The position numbers were made by a program, and so were the translations under genes. The notes below the pieces were generated by a model. That model saw only the letters and a program-made list of their open reading frames with translations. It was not told the DNA's origin and ran no database searches. This document shows positions 52,818-61,332 of a stretch of 64,000 nucleotides of DNA, piece after piece; positions within the stretch are counted from its first letter, which is position 1, and the number at the start of each line of letters is the position of its first letter. The stretch is from Dehalococcoidia bacterium (GTDB lineage: Bacteria > Chloroflexota > Dehalococcoidia > Lucifugimonadales > UBA2985), in NCBI GenBank assembly GCA_965261605.1, contig OZ253466.1:1376819-1440818 (forward strand), in the 5' to 3' direction.

Positions 52818-54806
52818 CTACACCCCGCCCAGTTGGATGGTGTGCCTGTACTCCGGCTTGGGGCCGCGGGAGTAATCGAGGCGCAGCCCCAGCACGCGGC
52901 GCCTGTCTGCCAGGAGACCCGCGCTTTCGTCCGTCACCTCTATCACGTCGTACAGCTCCTGGCCCAGGTTGGGCGGTACGACGACCTCCCCGTCCAACGA
53001 TGTCAGCAGCTGTTCCCGCAGCGCGGCCTCCGCCCTGCCCTGGGCCTTCTGCTGCGTGTCCAGGTTCAGGTCGTGTATCTGAAGCACGCGGTCGAAGAGC
53101 CGGTCCACCTCACCCCACGCGAAGGCCTCGCCCACGTACGCGCCGCCGAAGGCCTGAACGCGGTTGTAGGTCTGGGCCCTGGAAACGTATCGACCCCGTA
53201 GTACGGGATGGCCTACCCCGTAGCGATAGTCGGCGGCGTCCGAGGGCTGTGGATGTATCAGATAACCGCGGTGGCCGCGGAAGACCAGGACATCCGGCAG
53301 CCTGTCCAGCAGCCTCTTCACCGCGCCGGCCCAGCTCTCTCCCGGGTGAATCGTGAAAGCGGGCCGGAGAGCGCCGGCGTCGCTGCTGGCCCGGGATGCG
53401 TCCGTTTCCAGTCCCGCCCTGGCCAGGACGAACTCCAGGATGCCGGCCACGCTGGTTGAGCCTATGTCCCAAGTGTACTGCCGCCTGGCCTTCCACGCTT
53501 CCAGGAGACGCCATGCGTTCTGAGCGAAGATCACGAAGAGAGAACTGCCCGGCGATGAGCGGTGTTCCCACGACTCTATCCAATAGGCCGACCACTGAGA
53601 AGTCTCGCGTCCCGCCGGGGTCAGGTAGCCCGGGGAGATGCGCAGCTCCGCCCCATGACTAAGGGACGGGTGGGACTCGGCGCCAACGCCGCTGTAGCGG
53701 CCGTCGTCGTTTCGCAGCACCACAACTGCCTCGCCACTCTCTTGGCCCTCCCGTAGGGATACCCCCAGGACGTCGTCGGTCAGGTCTCGGATGGTGTTTG
53801 TGAGAGGGCCGCTCCAAACTCCGGAGGGAGTGGACAGCCATAGGTGATTCCCGGTAGCAGCCAGGGCCACGCCATAGGCCGGAGAGAGGTCGAAGGGGAC
53901 AGGCTCGCGCCACAAGCTGTCGGAGAAGGAGGAGCCGGTCAGGCTGTGGGAGCGAACAGGGCGCTCGAAAGCGGGAGAGCCTGTGGACTTCTCCGTGCAG
54001 ACCATTCGGAAGACGTCCGGCCTGACCATCGAAGGGAAGTGAAAGGTGGTCAGGGAGTTTGCCTTGAAGGTGTTTACCTCGCGCAGAGGCGACCAGGTGT
54101 TGGTGGCCTGACCGCCGCCGTCGCCGTATACGCAGGTCCACACCTTGGCGTCGTTGGTGGATTGCTCTGTTCCCGTGATCACCAGGTTCCAATCGCCGTG
54201 GTAGACGCAACTCAAACCCGTTATGGACGCCACGTTATGGGTCCACAAAGAGGGAGCGCTCCAGGAAGTACCCGTCTTCCTGGTGACGTATACATCATGG
54301 TTGGTGGAGGCGAAGAACAGGACCAGGACGCCGATGTCGCTGACGGCGGCCGCCAGCCAGGCGATGCCGCTCAGTTGCGGGTAGACAACGTGCACGGGAG
54401 AGTTCCATGTCGCGCCGTAGTCCGTGCTCTCCCTGCGGAACAGGTTCCTGCGCGAGGCGTTGACGTAGAAGAGGTTCACAGTTGCTCCACGGCTCACCAG
54501 GGAGATGCCGGACGCGTTTGACACGGAGTTGATGAGCGTCCAGGAGGAGAAATCGCCGGATGGGTCGGGGTTGACTACCTTCTGGACGTAAAGCCCGCCG
54601 TTCTCGGGGGTCACCCTCGCCCTTACCAGGGAGCCGTCCGCCGGGCAGGTGGCGTCGTGGTAGAAGTCCGGCTCGCTGCCGGCGTACAGTCGGGTGAGGG
54701 TGGGGCGGGGCGCCCCGGCGATGTGGTCCAGCGCTTCCACCCTGACGTGGGGTGTTCCGCTCGCCTCTTCCTGGGCAGCGCGCAGTGTAGCGGTCAGGGT
54801 ATGCAT
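52818..54806 (-). CDS. Phage tail/baseplate-like protein with an N-terminal BNR (sialidase-like beta-propeller) region
   Basis: The Asp-box STDYGATW plus repeated W/T-rich blade-like segments fill the first roughly 330 aa. The C-terminal third (VFRGHRGYLIHPQPSD...YNRVQAFGG...LDGEVVVPPNLGQELYDVIEVTD) resembles phage hub/late-control-D-type proteins. Confidence 0.55.
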   Translation of the reverse strand: MHTLTATLRAAQEEASGTPHVRVEALDHIAGAPRPTLTRLYAGSEPDFYHDATCPADGSLVRARVTPENGGLYVQKVVNPDPSGDFSSWTLINSVSNASGISLVSRGATVNLFYVNASRRNLFRRESTDYGATWNSPVHVVYPQLSGIAWLAAAVSDIGVLVLFFASTNHDVYVTRKTGTSWSAPSLWTHNVASITGLSCVYHGDWNLVITGTEQSTNDAKVWTCVYGDGGGQATNTWSPLREVNTFKANSLTTFHFPSMVRPDVFRMVCTEKSTGSPAFERPVRSHSLTGSSFSDSLWREPVPFDLSPAYGVALAATGNHLWLSTPSGVWSGPLTNTIRDLTDDVLGVSLREGQESGEAVVVLRNDDGRYSGVGAESHPSLSHGAELRISPGYLTPAGRETSQWSAYWIESWEHRSSPGSSLFVIFAQNAWRLLEAWKARRQYTWDIGSTSVAGILEFVLARAGLETDASRASSDAGALRPAFTIHPGESWAGAVKRLLDRLPDVLVFRGHRGYLIHPQPSDAADYRYGVGHPVLRGRYVSRAQTYNRVQAFGGAYVGEAFAWGEVDRLFDRVLQIHDLNLDTQQKAQGRAEAALREQLLTSLDGEVVVPPNLGQELYDVIEVTDESAGLLADRRRVLGLRLDYSRGPKPEYRHTIQLGGV

Positions 54807-54825
54807 AGGAAGACGACCCCGTCGC

Positions 54826-55458
54826 CTACCGCCGGCCCAGGTCGGCCGCCCGGCTGTAGCCCGGCTGCGGCGCGCTGTAAAGATGCCGCGTCCTAAGGCG
54901 GCTCCGGTGGTTGGCGAGGCCCTTGAGAAAGGAGTCCAGCCTCTCTCTGCCCCAGGCTTGGTAGTGCCGCCACACCTCCGCTCCGCCTACGTTGACGCGA
55001 TTGGTGGCAAAGCTGGACCACTCCAGCGCGGCGTAACCCTCCGCGCCAATGGCCACCAGCTCCTCCAGAGACGATGGTATTGTGGAGGAGTTGGCGTCCA
55101 GCTTGTGAAGCTTCCCGTAGTAGACGTACACCCTCTCCTCTCCTATTGGGGCGCTATCCACCAACAGGGTCAGGATGTCGCCCCAGACGCTGAAGGGCGC
55201 GTAGACCGGAGGGTACTCGTCTGCGGGGCGCTCCACAGCCTCAATGGACACCAGGTCCTCAAGAGATGCGATGGACAGCTCGCGGCTGCCGGCCGAGGTG
55301 GTGAGGGTAGCCTTGGCCTCCTGAGGGACGGCTAGGCTCAGCTCCCTCACCCCGTGCTCAATGTGACGGTCCAGCTCAGCGTCGCTCCAGCGGTAGTCCG
55401 CGGCGTCCAGGTCGCGGAGGTCCTGCCGTACCCGGGTCCTCATCTCAGACAGGTTCAT
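54826..55458 (-). CDS. Phage-associated protein (head-tail adaptor-like)
   Basis: The N-terminus MNLSEMRTRVRQDLRDLDAADYRWSDAELDRHI is typical of proteins encoded next to capsid genes. A GAGGAGG RBS sits 6 nt upstream of the ATG. Confidence 0.5.
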   Translation of the reverse strand: MNLSEMRTRVRQDLRDLDAADYRWSDAELDRHIEHGVRELSLAVPQEAKATLTTSAGSRELSIASLEDLVSIEAVERPADEYPPVYAPFSVWGDILTLLVDSAPIGEERVYVYYGKLHKLDANSSTIPSSLEELVAIGAEGYAALEWSSFATNRVNVGGAEVWRHYQAWGRERLDSFLKGLANHRSRLRTRHLYSAPQPGYSRAADLGRR

Positions 55459-55473
55459 TGGCGTCCTCCTCAG

Positions 55474-56362
55474 CTAGTCCCTTACGCCGGTTAGCTTCGA
55501 CAGCTTCAGGGAGTTGAATACGGCGACGGACACGTACCACTTCACCCGCGTCCTGGTGGCGTCCTTGACCTCCAGACCCCACGCGCTCCACCTGGAGACC
55601 TCCGGGGCCTGTAAGCCCAACGATTGCCCCTTCTCCGTACTGGACGGCGTAGATGGTGGAGCAATCGCGGCTTGTGCCCACCGTCTTGGCGTCGGATACC
55701 CAGTCGTTCACTCCGATGGGAACGCCGTCGTAGTACTGCGCCATCTGCCCGAACTGATTGCGGTCGGTTTCCAGCACACCGCTGCCCGCTGCTCTGGACA
55801 GGGAGGATAGCTTGCGCCGGCTGCGGCGGCTCATGAGGAGCATGTGAGGCTTGCCCGCCTTCACCTTGTCGATGACCTCGTCCAGCTTGTCCAGCGTGAG
55901 AGTTGCGCCGTTCGCCCCCATGGCCACCGTCTGCTCCGCAGCAGCCAGCTTCTCGATTCCGTCGAAGGACTTGGAGTCGCTGGTCGTGTCCCCGTTGATG
56001 AAGGTGTCGTCGAATTTCTGCTGCACCGCCTTGGCCTTGAGCTGCACCACGGCCGCCTCCAGGTCCTGAAGGTTCGACCGCGTGGCCTTCAGGAAGTTGT
56101 CCACGTCTGCGTCGCCGCCCAGGATCTTCAGGGTTGCCGTCTGCTGGGTGAAGGTGGGAGTGGACTCCGCCCAGGTGTCCCCCACTTCATAGAAGGACAC
56201 CGTTGGGGCGGCGTTCTCCTGGTTGTAGGTGAGCCCGTTGCCCACTATCTCAATGAAGGGGAGTGACTGCAATATTGGGCTCTCGTTGACGATGGTCTCA
56301 ATCACTCCTGTGACCAGGACATCGTTGGAGAGCTTTGCCGCTTCCGTTATGGTCAATGCCAT
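55474..56362 (-). pseudogene. HK97-fold major capsid protein (N4-gp56-like family) with a 1-nt frameshift near its 3' end
   Basis: MALTITEAAKLSNDVLVTGVIETIVNESPILQSLPF...LKILGGDADVDNF...LLMSRRSRRKL...IYAVQYGE. After ...LQVERVG the conserved C-terminus LEVKDATRTRVKWYVSVAVFNSLKLSKLTGVRD is found only in the +1 frame, ending at TAG 55474-55476. Confidence 0.7.
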
Positions 56363-56772
56363 GATTCATGTGCCTCCTGCTCTAGCGATGGCAAAAGAAT
56401 AGAACGGATGTATGCCTTGAGCAAGAAGCGGATGTCACTAGGGCGTAGCAAATAGTCTTCCACGTGGAAGAGGCAAGGATCTAAATTGGAGTCGAACAAA
56501 GTGGAGGCGGGAGACCACGTTCCCCGTCACACCGTTGGGCGCCCGTCCAGTTTCGCGCGACGGGACAGGCCCATCGCCGTTACGGCGTACGGGGCCAGGC
56601 TCCGAGCGGTGATCCAAGTGGGGGGGCATGGAGTCTCGCATACGCGAGAGTGACGATGAGTGGGTAACGCAAATGTCCCCGGGTGTCAGAGCCAAGACGG
56701 GAGATGAGGCTGGGCGGGCTTGGAACTAGGACGATAGACTGCAGACGACAGCGTGTGCCAAGCCGGCAGCGA

Positions 56773-57450
56773 CTACGGGAAGGTGAGGTTCAGGATCGCC
56801 GGTGTCAGGTTCCTGCTGCTGTAGGTGGCCGTCTCCGCCGCCTGGCTGACGGCTACGCCGTTTTGTATTATGTGGAAGGTAACAGTCCCTCCGTGCAATG
56901 CCAGGTCGTTAGGAGCCACACTCAGAGCGGAATACCTTCCGTTGAACGTCTCGACGGTTTTCGAATTCCACCACCTTACTCTCGCCTGAATCTGCAGGTC
57001 GTTCGGCGCGGGTTGACCTCCCACCGTTACACTCCCTGAAAAGTCAGTGAATAAGGGAGGGACCTGACCAGGAGGAACTGGCGCCGGTGTGGGCGTGCCC
57101 GTAGGCGCCGGCATAGGCGTTGATGTAGCCGTCGGAGCGGGAGTAGGCGTTGGTGTATTCGTCGGAGCGGGAGTAGGCGTTGGTGTATTCGTCGGAGCGG
57201 AAGTAGGCGTCGGTGTATTCGTCGGCACGGCCGTAGGCGTTGGTGTATTCGTCGGTACGGAAGTAGGCGTCGGCACAGGCGTGTCTGTCGGGTCTGGCGT
57301 AGGCACAGACGTAGCCGTTGGAACAGCAGTGGGTGAATCCGTCGGAATAGAAGTAGGCGTTGGCTCGGGGTCACACGCTGCAACCAGCACAAGGGCCACG
57401 AGGAGCAGACCCGCGAATATCCTTGTCGTTCTCATTGCTTGAAACATCAA
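56773..57450 (-). CDS. Secreted Pro/Thr-rich repeat protein with a C-terminal beta-rich domain
   Basis: Signal peptide/lipobox (LVAAC) and 36-nt tandem repeats encoding [12 protein letters not shown]. Confidence 0.65.
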   Translation of the reverse strand: MMFQAMRTTRIFAGLLLVALVLVAACDPEPTPTSIPTDSPTAVPTATSVPTPDPTDTPVPTPTSVPTNTPTPTAVPTNTPTPTSAPTNTPTPTPAPTNTPTPTPAPTATSTPMPAPTGTPTPAPVPPGQVPPLFTDFSGSVTVGGQPAPNDLQIQARVRWWNSKTVETFNGRYSALSVAPNDLALHGGTVTFHIIQNGVAVSQAAETATYSSRNLTPAILNLTFP

Positions 57451-57812
57451 TTTAGAAGTCTATCACTATAAGTCCGCTATTTCAAGCCTTTTTTAATATG
57501 CCCAAACCGCGAGTTTCGGTTACGATGGGTGACGTACTGGCAAACCGCGCCCAGGTGCCATATTGAAACGCGATTGAGGTACATGGACCATGAGTTCGCG
57601 TAGGAGACGAAGACGCGCTCGTCGGTGGAATCGTCCGGCTGCCATGAGAAGGGGAGTGCCTTGGTGGATTTTCTTACTGTTGCTGGTTCTGGTCATCGTT
57701 GTGGCCATAGCCAGGACCGCCAGATAGACCGCTGCCGCCTCCCTTTGCAAAATGCAGCCGCCTGGGTTAGAATGCTTGGAAAGGCAAGGAACATCTCAGG
57801 AGGTCTTCTCCC

Positions 57813-58031
57813 GTGAACGATACAGTTGTAATCTACACTCATCCCGACTGCAGCTACTCGTCTGCTGCCAGGGACGAGTTGGTTCAGAACGAGATAGAGT
57901 TCAAGGAGATCGACCTCAGCGTTAGCCCGGATGCTTGGGCGGAGGTGGAGCGACTGACCGGAGGCGACCGCACTACCCCGGTCATCGTTGAAGGGGACTT
58001 CGTAACCGTGGGGTTCCACGGCGTTGGGTGA
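57813..58031 (+). CDS. Glutaredoxin-like protein (CxxS active-site variant)
   Basis: VVIYTHPDCSYSSAARDEL...TTPVIVEGD..V.GF shows the thioredoxin fold, with cis-Pro in TPV. GTG start after a GGAGG RBS. Confidence 0.75.
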   Translation: MNDTVVIYTHPDCSYSSAARDELVQNEIEFKEIDLSVSPDAWAEVERLTGGDRTTPVIVEGDFVTVGFHGVG

Positions 58032-58126
58032 AGTTTCTAGGAACGGAGGCCGTCGGCTTCCGGTAACGAGGCGGGAAAGACCTTATCCTGGCCTCTTACG
58101 CCCTTTGGCGTAGCGCTTTCAAACGC

Positions 58127-58205
58127 GGCCCGGTGGTGTAGCCTGGTTTAACACGCCGCCCTGTCAAGGCGGAGAGCAGGGGTTCAAATCCCCTCCGGGT
58201 CGCCA
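58127..58205 (+). tRNA. tRNA-Asp (anticodon GTC), CCA encoded
   Basis: Acceptor GGCCCGG/CCGGGTC (one G-U pair), anticodon loop cuGUCaa, T-loop GGTTCAAATCC. Confidence 0.9.
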
Positions 58206-58266
58206 GCCTCCCAACTTCCAGTGTGTTAGCGCCATTTCAGAAGGGGAGAACCGCCTGCAAAGCTCC

Positions 58267-59046
58267 CTAGCGGATGGAGTAGGTCGCCTGCACGCTCAGC
58301 CTAAGCTCCAGTTCGCCGCCGCTTATGGACGTCGATACTGCGTCTGCTCTCGCCATTAGCGCTGCCTCGGGGAAGCCGTACTCCGACGGGGGAACGGCGC
58401 CAGCCTCGCCGATGAAGATCAACTCACCGACCTCCACGCCCGCCAGGCTTGCCAGGTGCTCAGCCTTGGCCCGAGCGTCGGCTACCGCCTCCTCGCGGAG
58501 CTGGGTCATAAACGGCTTTGGGTCCTCAATGGTGAAGTCGATGCCGTGGATGCGCGTCGCATCGCCGCCCGCCTCGGCCGCGCCGTCTATGATTGCCCCC
58601 ACACCATCCAAGTTGCGCACCTTGATTCTGGCCAGATTGCTCACCGTATACCCGACAAGCACCTGCTTCCTGGTGGAAGTCTCACCACTAAGTACCTCCG
58701 GGTACTCGTACCGAGGCCATATGTCGAAGGACTGAGTCTGGATATCCTTGTCTTCCAGTCCATGTGCCTTCACCGCCTCCACGACCGCGTCCATGGCGGC
58801 GGCGGCTTCAGCCCGCGCTTCAGCCACGGTCTCGCCCGTAGTCTCCACCCCGACGGTCAGCAGTACCAGGTCCGGCTCAACGTTAACGCTTGCCTGCCCT
58901 GTAACCCATATACCTGAACTTGATGCCGTCGTCGCATCGGAGTCTCCGTCGTCCGTGGCCGCCGGATCGCTAGTGTCGCAGCCAGCTACAGCCACCAGCA
59001 GAGCAGCTATTCCGACTATCGCTATAAGTACGGTGTATCGTCTCAA
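58267..59046 (-). CDS. SIMPL-domain (DUF541) lipoprotein
   Basis: Lipobox VAGC. ASVNVEPDLVLLTVGVETTGETVAEARAEAAAAMDAVVEAVKAHGLEDKDIQTQSF matches the SIMPL/26-kDa periplasmic antigen family. Confidence 0.8.
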   Translation of the reverse strand: MRRYTVLIAIVGIAALLVAVAGCDTSDPAATDDGDSDATTASSSGIWVTGQASVNVEPDLVLLTVGVETTGETVAEARAEAAAAMDAVVEAVKAHGLEDKDIQTQSFDIWPRYEYPEVLSGETSTRKQVLVGYTVSNLARIKVRNLDGVGAIIDGAAEAGGDATRIHGIDFTIEDPKPFMTQLREEAVADARAKAEHLASLAGVEVGELIFIGEAGAVPPSEYGFPEAALMARADAVSTSISGGELELRLSVQATYSIR

Positions 59047-59510
59047 CCTGTGACCTCCGGTGCGATGTTTTCTGGGGCATGAGCGCGCTTTGCCGCAGTT
59101 CCGCGGGCAAGCCCTTCTTTTAGTATAGCTATCACCGCATCCACGTGCTCCGGCCCTATGATGTAGTCCGGGTGTGATACCGACGGGTTCACCGGCGCCT
59201 TGTGCTTGACCAAGTAGTCCCGCAGCCGGTCCCCGTTGGGGAAGTTCTTGACACGACCGGAGTGGATGCGCGCCTGGTTCGTTGCCGAGTAGTTTTTACG
59301 AAAATACAGCGTCGCGCCCCTGTAGCCGCATTTCCCAAATCCAAAGGACAGGTTCGACTCATTCTCCACGTAGAGGTCGGGGAAGGCGTCTTTGAGCTTC
59401 ATGAGGACAACCATCGCTGCCTCCATTTCAGCCACCGTCTCCTTAATGCAGCGCTTGTGCTCTGGGGAATGGTTCTTAGTCAGTTCTCTGAAGGGTCGGT
59501 GTCCGGCCAT
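59043..59510 (-). CDS. Hypothetical protein (155 aa)
   Basis: Coding-like composition. Overlaps the downstream SIMPL gene by 4 nt. No family recognised. Confidence 0.45.
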   Translation of the reverse strand: MAGHRPFRELTKNHSPEHKRCIKETVAEMEAAMVVLMKLKDAFPDLYVENESNLSFGFGKCGYRGATLYFRKNYSATNQARIHSGRVKNFPNGDRLRDYLVKHKAPVNPSVSHPDYIIGPEHVDAVIAILKEGLARGTAAKRAHAPENIAPEVTG

Positions 59511-59551
59511 CAGATTAGACCCTCCTCTCGTAGTTCCTCAATTCTTGTTTC

Positions 59552-60352
59552 CTATACTCTAAGTATTCTATCAATGATGATAACTCGCTCTCCAGTAGAG
59601 CGCAGACGACCTCTTATCTCGAAGTGAAACTCCCTTCCCCAAGAGGGCCGAGACCGAAAACTCAAAGCTAAGAGCGTACTTACCCCTTGGTACGACTCCG
59701 CTACTACGTCGTCGGGATAGATAGCGTGAGCTAAGTAGCCGTTAGACCCCTCGACGAGCACTAGCCCTATAGGGTCTCCTCCTGCAGAGCGTATTTCGAA
59801 TGTCTCCGCGACGTTTACCGGGTCGACAATATACTCAGTCCAAAACCGGGGCTCTACCTCTATACGTATTTCGATAATACCGTCGACTCTTTGGTAACTA
59901 AAGCTTTTCAACAGTCTTCCATATGTAAGAGGCGTCGCCGTAGGCTTTGGCGTGGGCCATACTATCGTAGGAGTAGGCTTAGGCGTCGCCGTAGAAGTTG
60001 GTCTGGGCGTTGCCGTAGGAGCCTGAAAACTCGGCCGCAACTCCCACCAATCTATCGTAGCCGTCGGAGGAGGAACCGGAGTGAGAGTCGCCGTAGCGGC
60101 TTCTACTACCGGCGTCCAAGTAGGCGCCGGCGTCGGTGTCCAGGTGGGCGCTGGCGTCGGTGTCCAAGTAGACTCAGGCGTCCAAGTAGGCTTAGGCGTC
60201 CAGGTGGGCTCCAAAGTCGGCGTCGCAGTCACGACCTCCGCAAGGGGAGGAGTCGGCGCCTCTATTGGCGCCGTGGCCTCAGACGCCGTACAGGCCAGAG
60301 TAGCCCCGACCATCAGAACCGTGAGTGTTGCTAACTTAACTATCTTCATCAT
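59552..60352 (-). CDS. Secreted Pro/Thr/Trp-repeat lipoprotein
   Basis: Signal/lipobox (TLAC), TWTP(T/K)P(A)P repeats, and a C-terminal globular domain. Confidence 0.65.
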   Translation of the reverse strand: MMKIVKLATLTVLMVGATLACTASEATAPIEAPTPPLAEVVTATPTLEPTWTPKPTWTPESTWTPTPAPTWTPTPAPTWTPVVEAATATLTPVPPPTATIDWWELRPSFQAPTATPRPTSTATPKPTPTIVWPTPKPTATPLTYGRLLKSFSYQRVDGIIEIRIEVEPRFWTEYIVDPVNVAETFEIRSAGGDPIGLVLVEGSNGYLAHAIYPDDVVAESYQGVSTLLALSFRSRPSWGREFHFEIRGRLRSTGERVIIIDRILRV

Positions 60353-60382
60353 TTCCGCTTCCGCTCGATCGACAAACTCACG

Positions 60383-60739
60383 TCAGCGCCCACCAGGCAA
60401 ATAGTCCTGATGGTCGTCATAGAGCCTGTCAGCTATCGGCACATACTCCTCGTAGAATCTTCTTGTTGCTAGTCTTAACGCCGCCGGTCAGAAGGATTGA
60501 TGTCCGCCTGGGGTCCATTGCATACAGAATTCGGATTGGCCTGCCGCCGTTCTGGACTCGGAGCTCTCGCATATGCCCGTGGCGCGACCCCCTATCACAC
60601 CCGATGAATAGGGATAGGGCAGAGTGGGGCCAAGCTCCTCCAACAAGTCAACGCCGGCAGTCACTGAAAGCTGGTCATCTTCGGATAGTTCTCTCCACCA
60701 TAGAATAAACTCATCTGTGCCTTCAACGTCCCAGGGCAT
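60383..60739 (-). pseudogene. RelE/HigB-like toxin gene disrupted by two compensating frameshifts; no partner antitoxin
   Basis: Frame A reads MPWDVEGTDEFILWWRELSEDDQLSVTAGVDLLEELGPTLPYPYSSGVIGG. The family-typical continuation SRHGHMRELRVQNGGRPIRILYAMDPRRTSILLTGG is in a second frame. The C-terminus FYEEYVPIADRLYDDHQDYL is back in frame A. Confidence 0.6.
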
Positions 60740-60825
60740 GGACTCATTATATTCCTGCCATTGAAGCGTGCCAATGACAAACCGCCGCCTCTCCTTGAAG
60801 CTCGCTCTACCTGCAGGGATGACCA

Positions 60826-61260
60826 GTGAGCAATTGCTGTGCTACTATGTATCCCAAGCGCTGGCAAATCATACTGGAGGAGATGGTGCTACAGGACACC
60901 ACATATCGGGACCAGAGCAAGGTCTTTTTGGAGAAAGCTTACAAAGAGCTTGAAGAGGGAGACTTGCTCCAAGCTTCGGAGAAGGGTTGGGGGGCCGCGG
61001 CTCAGATACTCAAAGCGGTTGCCCAAGAGCGGGGCTGGGAGCACGACAGTCACAGGCGGCTCTTTAACGTCCTGGGTCGGTTGGCTTTGGAGGCAGGGGA
61101 CCAGGAACTGAGGCACGGGTTCAACGCGGCGAATGTCCTGCACGCGAACTTCTACGAGGGCTGGCTCGACAGGATTTCGGTTGAGGCTAACCTCCATGAT
61201 GTGAGGCTTTTCGTGGACAAGGCTGAGGGCTTTCTCAACAGCGCTAGAACTGCGAATTGA
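60826..61260 (+). CDS. PaREP1/HEPN-like four-helix protein
   Basis: FLEKAYKELEEGDLLQASEKGWGAAAQILKAVAQERGWEHDSHRRLF matches the PaREP1-family pattern. The start is uncertain among GTG 60826, ATG 60847 and ATG 60883. Confidence 0.5.
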   Translation: MSNCCATMYPKRWQIILEEMVLQDTTYRDQSKVFLEKAYKELEEGDLLQASEKGWGAAAQILKAVAQERGWEHDSHRRLFNVLGRLALEAGDQELRHGFNAANVLHANFYEGWLDRISVEANLHDVRLFVDKAEGFLNSARTAN

Positions 61261-61332
61261 ATGAGGATAGTAAGCCCCTGAATACTTGGGTAAGGGATGC
61301 TCAGGGCGTAATGGAGTCGTCAGGAGGAGACT

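Larger units (their letters stand above)
52581..56362 (-). mobile_element. Cryptic phage structural-gene remnant (capsid, adaptor-like protein, BNR/hub fusion, spike OB-fold). No portal, terminase, protease or integrase in the window.
   Basis: Four co-oriented, tightly spaced genes with phage-type products. The module is bounded on the left by the repeat array and on the right by about 400 bp of non-coding DNA. Confidence 0.55.

Noticed and set aside
56470-56520. tRNA or tmRNA 3'-end-like fragment (ggagtcgaac / cccgcctccac) that might mark a phage attachment site.
   Set aside because: The pieces are in the wrong order and do not form a T-arm, because the flanking bases are not complementary. 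I found no matching direct repeat at the other end of the phage remnant.
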